The notes under the pieces were generated by a model. That model made no database searches. It was not told the origin of the DNA and worked only from the letters and a program-made list of their open reading frames with translations. Shown here one piece after another: positions 38,546 to 52,540 of a stretch of 64,000 nt of DNA. The stretch is taken from assembly GCA_964035545.1 (NCBI GenBank), contig OZ037770.1:6272729-6336728 (forward strand), written 5' to 3'. Source of the stretch: Bugula neritina. Its lineage: Eukaryota > Animalia > Bryozoa. Within the stretch, counting starts at the first letter, position 1. The number at the start of each line of letters is the position of its first letter. The position numbers and the translations under genes are program-made.

Positions 38546-41500
38546 TGTAGAGATTTTGTATTATCATTATTATTATCAAAAGGACAACTCCTTGTTGCTT
38601 ATTCCCTATATGCATCATGGCACAATGTCTACAATTGCAGCAGATCAACTATCGTAATAGCTGACAACCGTCATGCGTAGCGTCTTTTCTACACTCGGCT
38701 GGACAGTAGTTACTAGCTACTAATGTACGCTGTGAACCAAGGCAAGACTAATTAATTAGAGATAATAGCTAGCTAGCTAGGATTTGTCGGGATGCCGACG
38801 ACATTTTTGATGCGTTGAGAGCCCAGTTTGGGCTTACCACTCGGGATGCTTGTGTGCAGCTCCAAGGGGTTAGGAAAAATCCTAAGACTACCTTAAAAGA
38901 GCAAGCGATCGTAGTTGAGCGGCTAGCACAAGTTGCCTATAGCGACTTGACTGCGAATGGTCGACAGAGTTCGGCACTAGATGCTTTCCTCCAGTCTATC
39001 AACAACCTAAGCTGAAGCAACATTTGCTGGTAGCCGAGGTTGAGACTATGGAGCGAGCTCTCAGGCTTGGAAATGCTTATTTCCAAGCCGACAGTACGTG
39101 TCGGCCTAAGATGACAGTACAGGCAGTTAAAGCCGACCACGACGTGTTGACGTCAGCGTCATTGGCCAAGTCAGCTATACATGTTGCCACGGCGGCAGCC
39201 GACAAGCCTACTAGCTTGACCACAAGCTTGGTTCATGAGCTGTTAGCTGAGATCAGGCATCTACGCCAACAGTCGACAGTTGAGCGACCCACCAGGTTGC
39301 CGACAGCTGTCGTCAGCAGGCGAGTCCCCGTATGTTGGGGCTGTGGTACGGAGGCACTTCGTACGAAGCTGCCCCCAGAGTAGAGGGAGGCTGTTAAACG
39401 ACGACGGCTCACGGTAGATTTCGCCAACCGTGGGCCTCGGTTTAACTTTCTGAGACCAAAGCCAAGGCACAAACCCAACCAGGTAAGGAAGCCGTCTTCG
39501 CCGGAGTGGCAAGCCCAAAAATAGTTAGCCGACCGCAAAGGCCCGCCTAAACCTCCGGTCTGGGCACTAAGAAACCGCTTTAAAGGTTTGCCTAATGAGG
39601 GTATACGACGAGTGAGAGCAAGACCGGGATTTCCCTCGATTGCCCACACGAGCGCAAGACCTAGCTGTCACTCGGCCGCCCCTGTGTGAGCAAGACCGAG
39701 ACGTCACCCGCTTGCCAACTGAACGTCGGCAACCTCCTTGCAACCGGAAAGCGCAGGCGCATCCCCAACTCCATGCACACGAGGTGTCACCTCCAGAGAT
39801 GAGCCGCTCAGTAAGCACCCAGCCATATAGAAGCGGTTATTTCTTTTCTTGTAAACTTGCCGGGAAAGCTGCCACCTTTCTATTAAATACTGGGTGTACC
39901 ACAAATCTTCTGAGCTGGTGTCTGTTTGACACACTCAGTGCTAGGAACCGAGCAAACTTGGAGCCATATGAGGGGGAACACGGCACGTTGGCGGAATGGT
40001 CGTGTATTCCTTTTTATGGCGTGATAGAGTTGACTGGTAGCGTCCGTGATCAAGTGATTAACGGGACCTTCATCATCAGTCAACTCAAGGAGGATGCCAT
40101 TTTGGGCATGTTATTTCTGAAGCGACACAGGTGCAACATTGACTTTAAAAAGTCGGCGACGGTGATGGCTGGGCGCGAGCTGGCTCGTATAAAGTGGGAG
40201 ACTGGGTTTAGCTGATCAGTCATTGCCGGCGGTACGGACAGGCAGCTAAATTGCAGCCGAAGTTCAGGAGTCCTTATTGCACGACTTAGGTGATGCAAGA
40301 TCACACGTATAAGGTGAAACGTTCTGGCCAAGTGTCAATCCAGAACAAGGCACGTTTGACGCCGTAGTGGGTGAGCCCTGATGCAGCAGGACAGGCTCCT
40401 CCACTCCTAGAGCATGCGCCGTCTGCCCATGAGAAGACGAAGCATGGCGTACAGGAAGTTAGAGGAGGTGCTGCCAGATCAGGAGGGTGCGGCTGACGCG
40501 CCGACCGACTTGCCCAAGCCGCCCCACCCCGGAAGAAGGCTGTGGACACACCGGAAGACCGGTCTGGGCCGGCCACACCATCTGTGGAGCCGGCGGACAC
40601 ACCTGTAGCCACTGATGAGATGAAAATTTCTCAAAATCATGAGGAAGGGGCTGCTAGGAGGGAATCACCCATATTGGTGGACCCTCCGCACTAGAGGCAC
40701 CATCCGTAGTGGTAGAGCCATCAGTGGCAGCAGCCCCCCCCCAGTACAGTTGGAACGTAGTCAACATACCAGGACCCCGCCATCTTATCTACTAGACTTT
40801 TTTTGTGACTTGGTTTACATGTTTAGCATATTATCACCTGTCAGCCAGTGCAAAAGTAGTATGGGGGCAATAATTTAGAGTTGTACTCCCTTAGTGACAT
40901 ATATATTAGGTCAGCTGGGGATCAGCAGAGCCGAAGTCAGCCACCGGGAGAGGGTTATTGCGTCATCTCTCTTTCTCTCACTGCGTAGAAAACCCGTTCC
41001 AATTGTAACTGTGAAAGCGTGAACACACACTTGTGACAGCTGACAACTACGGAGCCCTAAGTGGACAGTAGAGTTAGTATAGCGACTATCTTATGGGAAG
41101 TCTAATTGTGCAAATTCTTCTATTATAGTAGAATTTAGACTAGTAGCCAATTGCGGTCTTGCTCTGTCATAGGGATAGAGCTGGAGCTCTTAATGGCAGG
41201 TGATTTCACTGGCGACTTGGAGTTGAGTAATCACCCAAATGATTTATGAAAATCAGGAGATTGATTGGTTGCTCAACACTTGAACTATTCTTTATGCTGC
41301 CGCATCGGTTTAGGACTTGGGCCTGCTACCTAGTTTCACAGAAGCTTTTTGTAGGGAGTGTACCTTTCAATAGGTGTGGAGGATGTAGAGATTTTGTATA
41401 ATTATTAATATTGAAAGAACAACTCCTCATTGCTTATTCCCTATATGCATCATGGCACGATGTCTACAATTTCAGCAGGTCAGCTATTGTAATAGCTGAC

Positions 41501-41880
41501 AACCGTAATGTGTAGCGTCTCTCCTATCTTCGGCTGGACAGTAGTTACTAGCTATACTAATGTACGCTGTGAACCAATGAAGGACTAGTTAATTAGAGAT
41601 AATAGCTAGCGTGCATGAATAGCCAATCAGCTTAGTAGGAGGTGCGAATAACTTGTGCTAGTAGTTAGCGTGCTTGACTAGCTGGCAGAGAGGACTAGAA
41701 CATGTTATTGTACGGTCTTATATATTGTATCTCTTTATTATGTAACGTGTTTTTGTAGTAGTTGCACATTTATTTAGTGTCTAATTGGAATATATTAAAT
41801 TGTTAGCAATCACGAATCTGGTGAGGTGGCTTTGCATAAATAGACCCAGTAATTGCAAGTGAAGCATAAAATTCACAACA
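38546..41880 (+). mobile_element. Gypsy LTR retrotransposon, internally deleted
   Basis: Two LTRs start TGTAGAGATTTTGTA (38546, truncated at ~38780; and 41384-41880, ending CACAACA). ATAT TSD. Purine-rich PPT before 41384. Gag remnant with CWGC knuckle (38815-39383), protease FLLNTGC (D>N, ~39877) and pol C-terminal RSQHTRTPPSYLLDF. RT and integrase core are absent. Confidence 0.88.
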
Positions 41881-43904
41881 ATATTTTGTTTTTTTATTTT
41901 TGTATATTATGTAATATATTTTTACTGGCATAATACACTTTATGCTGTAATATACACTCAGAATTACATCAAATATTATAAGATGATGTGCTTTATATGC
42001 TGTGTTCAAATTGAAATGATTTACTCCCTCTATCAATACCTGTAGTTGAAACGCAAAGAGAGACACTGGAAATGGGAGAGCTGGGAATACCAAGAGGGAT
42101 CAGCCTCAGCTGTAGTCTTACAGACACAACTCCTGGAATGGTGCTACATGATAACATACAAACCATTGAACTCAGTAAATTAATCATCTCTCTCCATTAG
42201 TTCTTGCTTACAAAGTAATATAGAATAGTTGTCTAATCATTTATTATAAGCAGAGTTTCAAGTCTAAGAGTTGTCTTTTTCTCTCATCACAAAATAATAT
42301 ATCAACTATCTAGTCTAAACATATAAAAAAGAGCATGTAATTGATAATTAGATTATTATAAGTTGCAGCTTCTGTCAACACTTTTTGTTTAAAATCTTAT
42401 AATGAATCTCACTGATACTGACTGAGATGCATTATCAAATAACTATTTAACAGACATCCACTGTTTCTTTAAACAATAAAAATCCTAGGTGATATAAATT
42501 AGCAAAATGTCATAGCACAATAGTTATTTGCTAGCTTAATTAAGAGCATTCAACCCTTGCTGGTACTCTGGCTATAGAAATAATTTTTTATTTGTTCATC
42601 TCCAAAGTGAAAGCTTGTATAAAAATTTAATACCTATTCTCCACATTAGCTGGAGCTTTTAGGTGAAATGATTTTTCTGCATGGTTATTTTGTAGAGCCA
42701 ATAACACCACAGATCACAGGCTATGAGACTTTAAATGGAGTAGACCAGAGGCCCCATGTCGTGATACAGCTACGGCCATCTGTAAACTCAGTTCATACTC
42801 ATCTAGATATAAAAATGTCTGATACACAAACCAATGTGACAACACTTACCAGATATGAGACAAAACTAGATAGTGTATCTCTCCAGGTCTGTTAGCTTAC
42901 CTTGTCTTTATGTTTGTACTGATTAGCTAAGGCAACACCCACAACAACCGTTTCATTTAAAAATGAATGACTTCATTTAAGGTTAATGAGATTGTTCTTG
43001 GAAACGAATATTTGGTAGCAATAAGAGCTGTGAGCATTGATAATTCAGGAAAAGAAATTATTGGTGATTTTACAGCCACGCACCCAATCAGTACAGGTAC
43101 TCTAATTAACAGTTTGTAGTTAACTGAAACACTTACATTATAATCCATTACTTGGCTCTGAGACTCCGTAGTATAAAGCAAGTGATTATTTGTCTTGCAT
43201 GCAGCGCCGTTGCCCCCAGAAGACATTTACTTTGAGTACACAGAAGATGGATTATCTATGAAACTGAAACTTCATCCAAAAATTTACAGTCACTATAATG
43301 CTGTCTACATGCTACATGTTGCTGATGGAAAGACTGGTGTGGTGAGTCATACTTTTGGATGACTCATCAGTTTTTGTATTCGAGATTTTACCAATGCAAG
43401 AGTTAATAACCAAACAACAACGTGATATACTATACCTTTCTTGGGTTGTTGATGATGTTCAAGTTATTATTAATTGTCTATCAGAAAGTACTTCAATCAA
43501 ACCTGCGATTACATACTTATTGTCATTAATTGTCTATTGAGAAATTGAAACTAGCTTGGTTATTAAAGGCAAAAACAGTAGAGACCAAAATAACAAGTTA
43601 TTACCTGTATAAATTAAATTTTTTACCTTCACAATTTATTTCCAATAACTGAGTTATTGAGTAAGTTATTTGTATTTAATTTTATAGCCTCATCACTTTC
43701 CAGATGAAACGTTTTTACTGAAAGAGTTAATTGACAATACTGAGTACACATTCTATGCTTGGACATTCTCAAAGAAAACACAGCGTCCTTCTGAAAAATA
43801 CATAAAAGCTTTTCTTCATTCAGAAAAGAGTAAGTAAAGAATATATAATATTGCTTATCATTCACATGGAACAGCTGTTGTTATCCTGTAGGTTAAAAAA
43901 CCCT

Positions 43905-43923
43905 ATGTGTGTGTATGTGTGTG

Positions 43924-43966
<43 letters not shown>

Positions 43967-44256
43967 TGTGTGCGTGTGCGAATGCGTGTGCGTGTATGTG
44001 TGTGTGCGTGTGTGTGTGTGCGTGTCCGTGTGCGTGTGTGTGTGTATGTGTGTGTATGTGTGTGTGTTTGTGTGTGTGTTTGCGTGTGTGTGTGTGTGTG
44101 TGTGCGTGCGTGCGTGTGTGTATGTGTGTGTGTTCGTGTGTGTGTTCGTGTGTGTGTTTGTGTGTGTGTTCGTGTGTGTGTTCGTGTGTGTGTTTGTGTG
44201 TGTGTGCGTGTGCGTGCGTGTGTGTGTGTGTGTGCGTGTGTGTGTGTGTGTGCGCG
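43905..44256. repeat. (GT)n microsatellite
   Basis: Read directly from the sequence. Confidence 0.97.
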
Positions 44257-45394
44257 TGAGTGGGGTTTGGTTACTTTAAAACTAGTTTTATCATTATTGT
44301 TTGTTGTTTTGATACATGATGTACCTCAACAGCCTGCTTCATTTATTCTGACTTTAGATTGGCAAAAAACTGGGATACTTCAGTCGGACACAGTTTTTTA
44401 TGGGACTCTTTTTATTGGTTTGCCTTTCCTTCATATTGCAGGTGTGGGAGCAGCAATACAATATGTAAGTGTTTGCTCATGGTATTATTATTAATTTTAA
44501 CTTTTTAAAAATTACAATTATAAGTCACTATATATAAGTGTAAAAGATGTTAACAAACTCTCGTAATAATTATCAGTCCGTTGAGAGAATATTTTTAATC
44601 TGATCTGAAGAAACCTGCAAAGATACAGACTTCTGTCTGTAAGATCTTAAAATTTCTCATTTTCAGATAACAAGGAGAAGACAGAGAAGAGCTGCAAGAC
44701 AAGCAAGGAGAAGACTATAAAGAGAAACGCTCTAAATTAAAACTTAATTTCTTTTATTAATGTATAATGTATGTCTAAACTTTAGGCATTAAATGGTAGC
44801 ATATCATTTTGTGTTTCTAAATATTATTTCAGCTAATAGTTACTGGTAAAATATTTATCATTTAATTTATATTTTAATTCTTCTGATTTAGATATGAATT
44901 GTGATTTTAATTCTGACATAAATTTGCAAAACAACCTAAACAAAATTTCTTGGCTCTATACCTACCAGTTGCACTTTTGAGCTGGCCACTTGAATATGTG
45001 TATGAGTATATAAAGGTAATGAATAGACTTTTCATTGTTTGTCTGCCTTTTATTGGGAGATGGATTTGTTTGCCTCTCAGTATTACCTAACCTTTTTATC
45101 TTACTCGATCACTTGCATCACTACCTTATAAATATAAATGGAAGAGGCCATCCATGATGTCATTCAACCACTGTTTTGAATATTCATCATCTAATTTCCA
45201 GTTATCATTGCTGAACAGGGGCATACAAAACTAGCTTCTTTAATTTATGACGTCATAGATCGGCTAACTCTCTATAGGGCCTGCTTTTATTTTTGGCATT
45301 GGTTTTTTTCTGAGCTGATCCACATAATATGCTGTTAGGACATTGCATGAGAATGGAAAGCTAATGTTATTATATTTTTCACTATGCAATGTGT

Positions 45395-45590
45395 TAGAAA
45401 GAGTATAGATTGTATACTAGAGAGAATATAGACTATGTACTAGAGAGATTATAAACGATATATGTACTAGAGAAAAGATATAGACTATGTACCAGAGAGA
45501 ATATAGATTGTATAATAGAGATAATATAGACTATATATATATTAGACTTTATAGAAAATATAGACTATGTACTAGAGAAAAATATATAAT
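45395..45590. repeat. ~23-bp minisatellite (TAGACTATGTACTAGAGAGAATA)n
   Basis: About 8 degenerate units. Confidence 0.8.
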
Positions 45591-47399
45591 CTAATAACCA
45601 ATAATTTATTGGTGCAGACTCTTCAAAAATTGATCAAAGATTATACAAAAAAATGAACTAAACCTTTGTTACAAACACCACTGAAATGTTGAATTTTTAT
45701 CTTCGGCTTCTTAATGATGATCTTTTTAAATAATTAATTGTCAGCTGCCTATTAAGGATTATAGGTCTTAACCCGCATTTTTTAATGTCAGCTTTGAAAG
45801 GCGTTGACTGGAACCAAGATATTTTAATTTGTTAGGTCATGACACGTGTCTCATAATTAACTGACCATAACTGTTACTTATTTTACACCTGATTACTTTT
45901 TTATAATCGTCCAGGTATTTAAGGTAAGATATGAATCACAGAAAACTGTCACTTATGTAGCCTGAATTGTGACAGATAGAGTTGATATGGTGAACTTTTA
46001 CATTTTGTGGTTACTGCAAACTCACCGAACAATATAATTGTTTTGGCCTTCGGGTTAGCCCGGGTCGATATATCAAAACGGAGAGCTTGGCTTGTAAGAT
46101 GACTCCAGCTTCTGTCAGTCTGTGAGGGGGGGGGAGGAATAGTTAGGACTCTAAATTAGGGTATTTGTCTGGTGGTGCTCTTTAGTCTAGGATCCTGGAA
46201 GAGCACTCACTAACATACCCTAACACATTATAATTATGTCCACACAATTTCTCAATCACTACCCAATCAATTTCCTCAATTTCCCCAATCTCTCTTGTAC
46301 ACATTATGTTTTATATTTGCAACACTCACACAGGCTACACCCACGCTATATGTAATATCCATGTTGATCTCAGAGTTGTGCACTCTTCATACATGCAACA
46401 ATAAATGGAGACAACTACACAAATTTAAAACTCCTCCCCACTAACAATTTACATTGATATGACGTTGTATAAACGTTGGAAAAAACGTTTATTAAATGTT
46501 TAAATGTCGACACATTTTTGTACTATATACAACGATTGAAACAAACGTTTATCGCAAAACGTTTTACCAACCTTTCATAAACGTTGCGTTGCATAACGTT
46601 GTGTAGATGTTTTTCATACAACGTTGGTGAAAGGTTGCGATCCAACATTGCGTAAATGTTTAAATTTAAATGTATCTCTTTGTCTCGCACAACGTTTAGG
46701 CAACGTTTTCTGCAAACTATTTTACCAACGTTTCATAAACAAGTCATACAAACGTTGCCATAACATTGCTTCAGCAGCGTTTTTATATTGTTGCAAAACA
46801 AGCGTTATCTAGATGTTTAAATGTAGACGTTATTTAGCTTTTTTATCTAAAACGTTCTATAAACAACTTTTCATAAATGTTATTATAATGTTGTATAAAC
46901 TCTATGCAGCATTGCAAATTTAGGTTATTATAATTATTTGGCAAGGTTTACATAACCATTGCTATATTAAAGTATATATAGCAGTATAATATATACAAGT
47001 GGAAGTTTTATATTGTGTATTGATAACTTTATTGTTTAAAAGTGAAGAGCAATAATTACAAAAAAAATAATTGTTACTAAAAAAACATGTGCAACCTAAT
47101 ATAAAGACTTATTTGGCAATTTAAATGAGCTAAAATAAATTACAATTAAAAAATGTGGCTAAATAAGTAGATAAATAAATTCATATTGGAGCTAATGCAA
47201 AAATTATAAATAGCAACAGGTCATAAGAAATGCACAAAAAATTTAAGCAGCCAAAAAAGTAAAGCTAATTTACAAATGTTGATTCAAAACATAGCTATTT
47301 AGCAGTCAACAAAGAAAACATTTCTGTATATTATAAGCAAGTAAACGGAATAATACAAATTATCATTTTAGAACGCTAATCCCTTTATATCCAAAGCTG

Positions 47400-50300
47400 A
47401 ACATTAGCGATGAGCTTTATTTACGCTTTGGAGATTTAAAGTTATTTTAGCTTTCTAATTATTAAGCTTTTTCCAAAGTTGAGGTCCAGCTTAATGTTAC
47501 AGAATAGGCTTCTGAAGACTGTGAATTCAGTCTGCTCATTCTTTTCCTCAAAATATATATTTAAAGCTTCAAAGTCTTGCTGCTCTTTACAGTAAGATGG
47601 TGACCACCTACAAAGCAACAAGAATACTGACTAGAAACAAAAAAACATTCAATGTAAATGTATATATAAACTGTGGTAAAATGAAGTCGTGTTTAAGAAT
47701 ATGTTGTGAAAATGGATGGGCAAATTCAAATTTTTGTTTATTTTTCTATAAAGATGACAAAAAAATTTGATATATTCCTAAATGGGTAGGCAACTTCGAC
47801 CTTATATGCATTTCACTATAAAATGACAAACAAGGGTGATCAGAAATAGGTGACAACTTCAAGTTTATGTAAGTTTTGCTATAAAGATCGCAAACAAGAC
47901 AGTTCTTAAAATGGGCAGGCAACTTCAATTTTACTTAAATTTTATTATAAAAATGACTAACAAGAAAGTTGGAAAATGGGTGGATAACTTCAATTTTATG
48001 TACATTTCACCATAAAATAATATGACAAACAAGAAAGTTGGTAATTGACTGGCCAACTTCAATTGTATTTACATTTCACTATAAACAACTAGCAAAAAAG
48101 TTAAATGGGTGGACAATTTCAATTTCATGTACATTTTACTATGAAAATGACTAACAGAACATTGGAAAATGGGTGAGCAACTTCAAGTTTATGAACATTT
48201 TGCCATAGATGACCAGCAATAAAATTAGAAAATGGGTGGGCAACTTCAAGTTTATGTACATTTCACTATTAAAGTGACTAACAGAAAGTTGGAAAATGGG
48301 TAGGCAACTTCAATTTTATGTACATTTCACTATTCAGATGGCAAATAAGGGTGTTCAGAAATGGGTGGAAAACTTCAATTTTATGTATATTTCACTATAA
48401 AGATGGCAAGCAAGATGATTTAGATATTGGTGGGTATTTTTAATTATTTTACATTTCACTATAAATATAAAAAAGATTGTTCAGAGATTGGTGGGTACCT
48501 TCAATTTAATATAAATTTTGTGTACATTTAACTATAAAAATGACTAACAATAGTGTTTGGAATTGGGTGTGCAAGCTCGAATTTATGCTAGTTTTACTAA
48601 AAAGATGACTAACAAAATAGTTGGAACATAGGTAGGCAACTTCACCTACATTTTGCTATAATGATTATTAACAATAATGTCTGATCATAGGTGGGCGACC
48701 TCACCTTCATACATACTGTTCTATAAAGATGACTAGTAATTGGAAACTTGTGAAAATAGGTGGACAACTTCTAATTCATGCACATTTTACTATAAAAATG
48801 ACCAACAAGAAAATGGGGAAATGGGTAAGCAACTTCCAGTTCAATTCCAATAACTTACTTTAAACTGCTAAATATCACACTTTTCAAACAATTATTGATA
48901 TAATGACCTAACTTTGTAAATAATATTATCAGTGCATAACTTATTTATTTTTATTTATAAACTAAAACTTTAAACTTTTTGAAAAGTTTGGTCAATATTA
49001 TAAGGCAAGAGGTGATGTATTAAATACTACTTTCAAACATTACAAGCTTCAAATAATCAGATTTGTGCTCACCAACCTATCAATAAGTTCACATAGTGGC
49101 ACCTGTGCATTCCCTCATATACAGTGTGTAAATTACAGATAACTTCATTGGTATGACTATAAATTTACCTAAATAGCCAAGTACATGGAAATAGCTAAAC
49201 TCCTATCATTCAATGAAAGCAAGGTATAGATTGGTTCTTCTTGATGCACAGCCTGGGTAATTTTCTTATCAAGTAATCACAGGTGTGAGAATGGCTCAAG
49301 GGAAATTATTATTTTTAGCCTACAAATAATAAAATATGCACAGATTAAACTAATAATTAAAATATATTTTAACAAACTATTTTCTGGCAAAAAAGGAATA
49401 TTTTGGAAAAAAACTATAATGGTATAGGTTGAAGGAGTTAGGTGCAAAATGCATAACTATGTTCATGGAAAAATTAATTACGCGTGTGTACAGTATTCGA
49501 GCTATAAAATTGCTATATTATATAAACTACTTGCTTGGAGAAAAATCAGCAACTTGGAATAATTTGAGGAATAAAATTTATGGAGATTAAACAATTTCAA
49601 TTTGATGTAGGTTATACTGTCATTTTAATTAACCTTCTTTAAATTTTATCAGTGACTTTGGCTCCAAGTCGCAAATTTAATATTTCAGTAATTAAAAAAT
49701 AAATAGCAATTATACACACAGAGTTAAATAAATTGTGCCAAATTCATATTCAAGTTTTTTCTCTAAAATTATCTAATAACTATTAATTTGTTCACAACTA
49801 TGCTGATTGCATGTGTTAATCACTGTGTCGTGACATTCATGCATGAACGACATTCATGCATGAACGGATATAATCTACACGCACATAATGCTTGTTTTAT
49901 AATAAACACAATATGAGGTATAGTCTGAATTATTCTAGGAAAAATTAGCAGTAATTTGGAGTTATTTATCCAATAAAGCTTTATAAAGTGGGTACGAAAC
50001 TTTTAATTTATTTATGATCTACTAACCACTATGCCATAACTTGATGATTTTTGTTCAATTAAACAGAATTGCATTGTCAAAGAAAAGGTGCAACCTGCAT
50101 ATCTAGATAAAAGCATGAAAAATTGCCTTTAGTATGTATGTTCAAACAATGAATTAGTATACATAACATTTGATTAAATCAAAGACTATAACAAAGTTGT
50201 TATTTAAGGCGATTTTAAAGACTAAGTAGGCAACCTAAATTTTACTGTAATGATGACCAGCACAAATGTTGTGAAGAAGGTAAGAAACTTCAATTCAAAA

Positions 50301-52540
50301 TAGGTAATCATGCACTCTGTCTAATGAAACTGGCACAGGCTAAAAGGGCATAGGTAATAACTAATAATGGCACAAGTAATTTAATGGAAAAATGAAATAT
50401 TGCAGTCATTAAGTACCTTGATAATCAATTTAAACATACAAAATTTTCAATCGACTCAAAAATTATTTTGCAATAACCTATGAGAAAAAAGCAAAGTACT
50501 ATCTTTCAATAGTTGTTTTTAAAATTTAAAAGACTGTATTCATAATGATTATTTATAGATTGCAAGCAATCTAAGCATTGTACCTAGCTTCACCAACATT
50601 ACAAGAATAATATGGTTGGGAGTTGTGCTCACCATTTAATCAAACATGGTGGAACTTGTGCATTTCACAAGTTTACAGTATGTGCATAATTGGTACTATT
50701 ACAAATTACCTTCTTAGCCAAATTATACTTGGAAATTGCTGAAATCCTATCTATCCGCCCATGCAGTTCTAGTTGATGCCGAGACTAGATATTTTTTATT
50801 TGCTTCAAGTAGTCACAGGTGTGATAATAGCCTGAAGAAAATTCATACTTGTTTGCCTGCAAATAATATACACATTTAATAGACTGCAAAAAACGTTTTA
50901 GTGAACAAAAAGCAACAATCTTTTGAAAAGACTCTGTACTTAAATATAGTTGCTTATGGAAGAGATTCAAGATGCTTGTACAATCATAAAATTGATAAAA
51001 ATGATCACCATGTGCATTGTATTTCTGCTACGTTTATTCCACGTCATATAAAATACTTGCATAATGAATAGAATTAGCACTTTATAGTGTTTACTTAGCA
51101 TCCTTCTTTCCAACTTCAGAGTCAGATTGCTTTTCCATATTAGAGTAATCAATATAACCAAAGTAGTGAAAAGGATTATCTGAAAAGAAAAATTTGTGAA
51201 CTTACAAATATGAAATAATAAGATAATAATATATATTGATATTAACATAGACTATAAAGTTTAATTAAAACGAACTTTTTTCTGATTAAAAAACAAATTT
51301 TGCAAATAAGTTGCTTTTAAAAATTAATGTAGGAATATATACATTAGATTAGCAATAACTTGACATTACATTTATTTAAGACATAAGTTTACAAACATTT
51401 TCAATTCATCATCTATAATACAATTATTTTTTTTAATATTATTATTAACTCTAAAGTTTAAAAGTTTAAAATTAAATTTAACATGGGAGATGCGAAACCT
51501 CTAGCTTTAAATTAAAAACTACTGAGACAATGAAATTAAATATATCTATAGTTCTACTGGTCTAACTTTAAGTTACACCTCTTATAGTAGTACTAGTAGT
51601 ACTAGGATGATAAATTAACGTTTAACTTATAACTATAGTCTCACTGATCATAGTGTTAGTTAAAAGATAAACTTGAGTATATATAATATTTATTCTTCAT
51701 TAGTATTATAATTTTCTATTAAGTTGCATCTGATAACTTATTACATTTGTAAGTGATACCAAATATATGTTTAGTGGTCTAACCTGTATTTTGGCAAATC
51801 TCCATGTTTTTCAGATCTTTAAATAAACCCCTGTGGAAGGGCAGTTCGAAAGTCTTTCTACAACCAGCTATTAAAGAAAGTGTATTATTAGCTTGCATTA
51901 AAAGCCAACAATGCTCTGTATAGCCTTAAATAATGGCTTGTTGTATGTAATCCTTTCAGTAAAAGCTATTCCTTTTATGCAAAATTTGCTTTATTTGTGC
52001 ACCTTAAGTAACTTCTTACGAGTACACCATGCATTGAAATAATTTCTCTGTTCAAATACCCATTGTACACCTAGCTTATAATTTATAGCCAGTATACAGA
52101 TTATACACTGTATACACTAACGTTTAAGCTATGAGCAAGTTTCAGAATATGGTATCATATTTTCAGGATCGAATAAGTGCACGGCGCAAATTCATGGTTA
52201 TGTGCTGGTTATTTGGAGAAGTTTAGAAGAAATGTTGCCAATTAAAAATATGTTTAACTTTAATATTGCAAATTACCAGATGCCTAAAGTTTTGAAATTT
52301 TAGTATTTTGCATCAAACTTAGGCAAAAATTTTATGCTCTAACAAAATAACCACATATACCCCACTCTAACATTGCAAACACAAATGTTACTAAGTTGAT
52401 ACATGAATTGTGCCGGCAGCTTGAACCAAAATATAATATTAATATTATTTGATGGGTGTACATAAATTATGTTGATAACTAAACAATTTTTTAAAAATTG
52501 GCTCAAAACTGTTGGTTTTACACAATTTTCTATGTACACA
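47400..52540 (-). pseudogene. Decayed spliced gene of unknown function inside the CMC element
   Basis: Minus-strand exon-like blocks, most with splice signals, at ~52340-52540, 51950-52240, 51784-51868 (AGCRKTFELPFHRGLFKDLK), 50910-51180 (DNPFHYFGYIDY), 50631-50857 and 49071-49320 (paralogous HTCDYL...NAQVP exons) and 47400-47607. Many stops. Confidence 0.5.
47680..48840. repeat. ~59-bp tandem repeat (TTCAATTTTATGTACATTTCACTATAAAAATGACTAACAAGAAAGTTGGAAAATGGGTGGGCAAC-like)
   Basis: About 19 degenerate units, plus a stray unit near 50220-50295. Confidence 0.9.
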
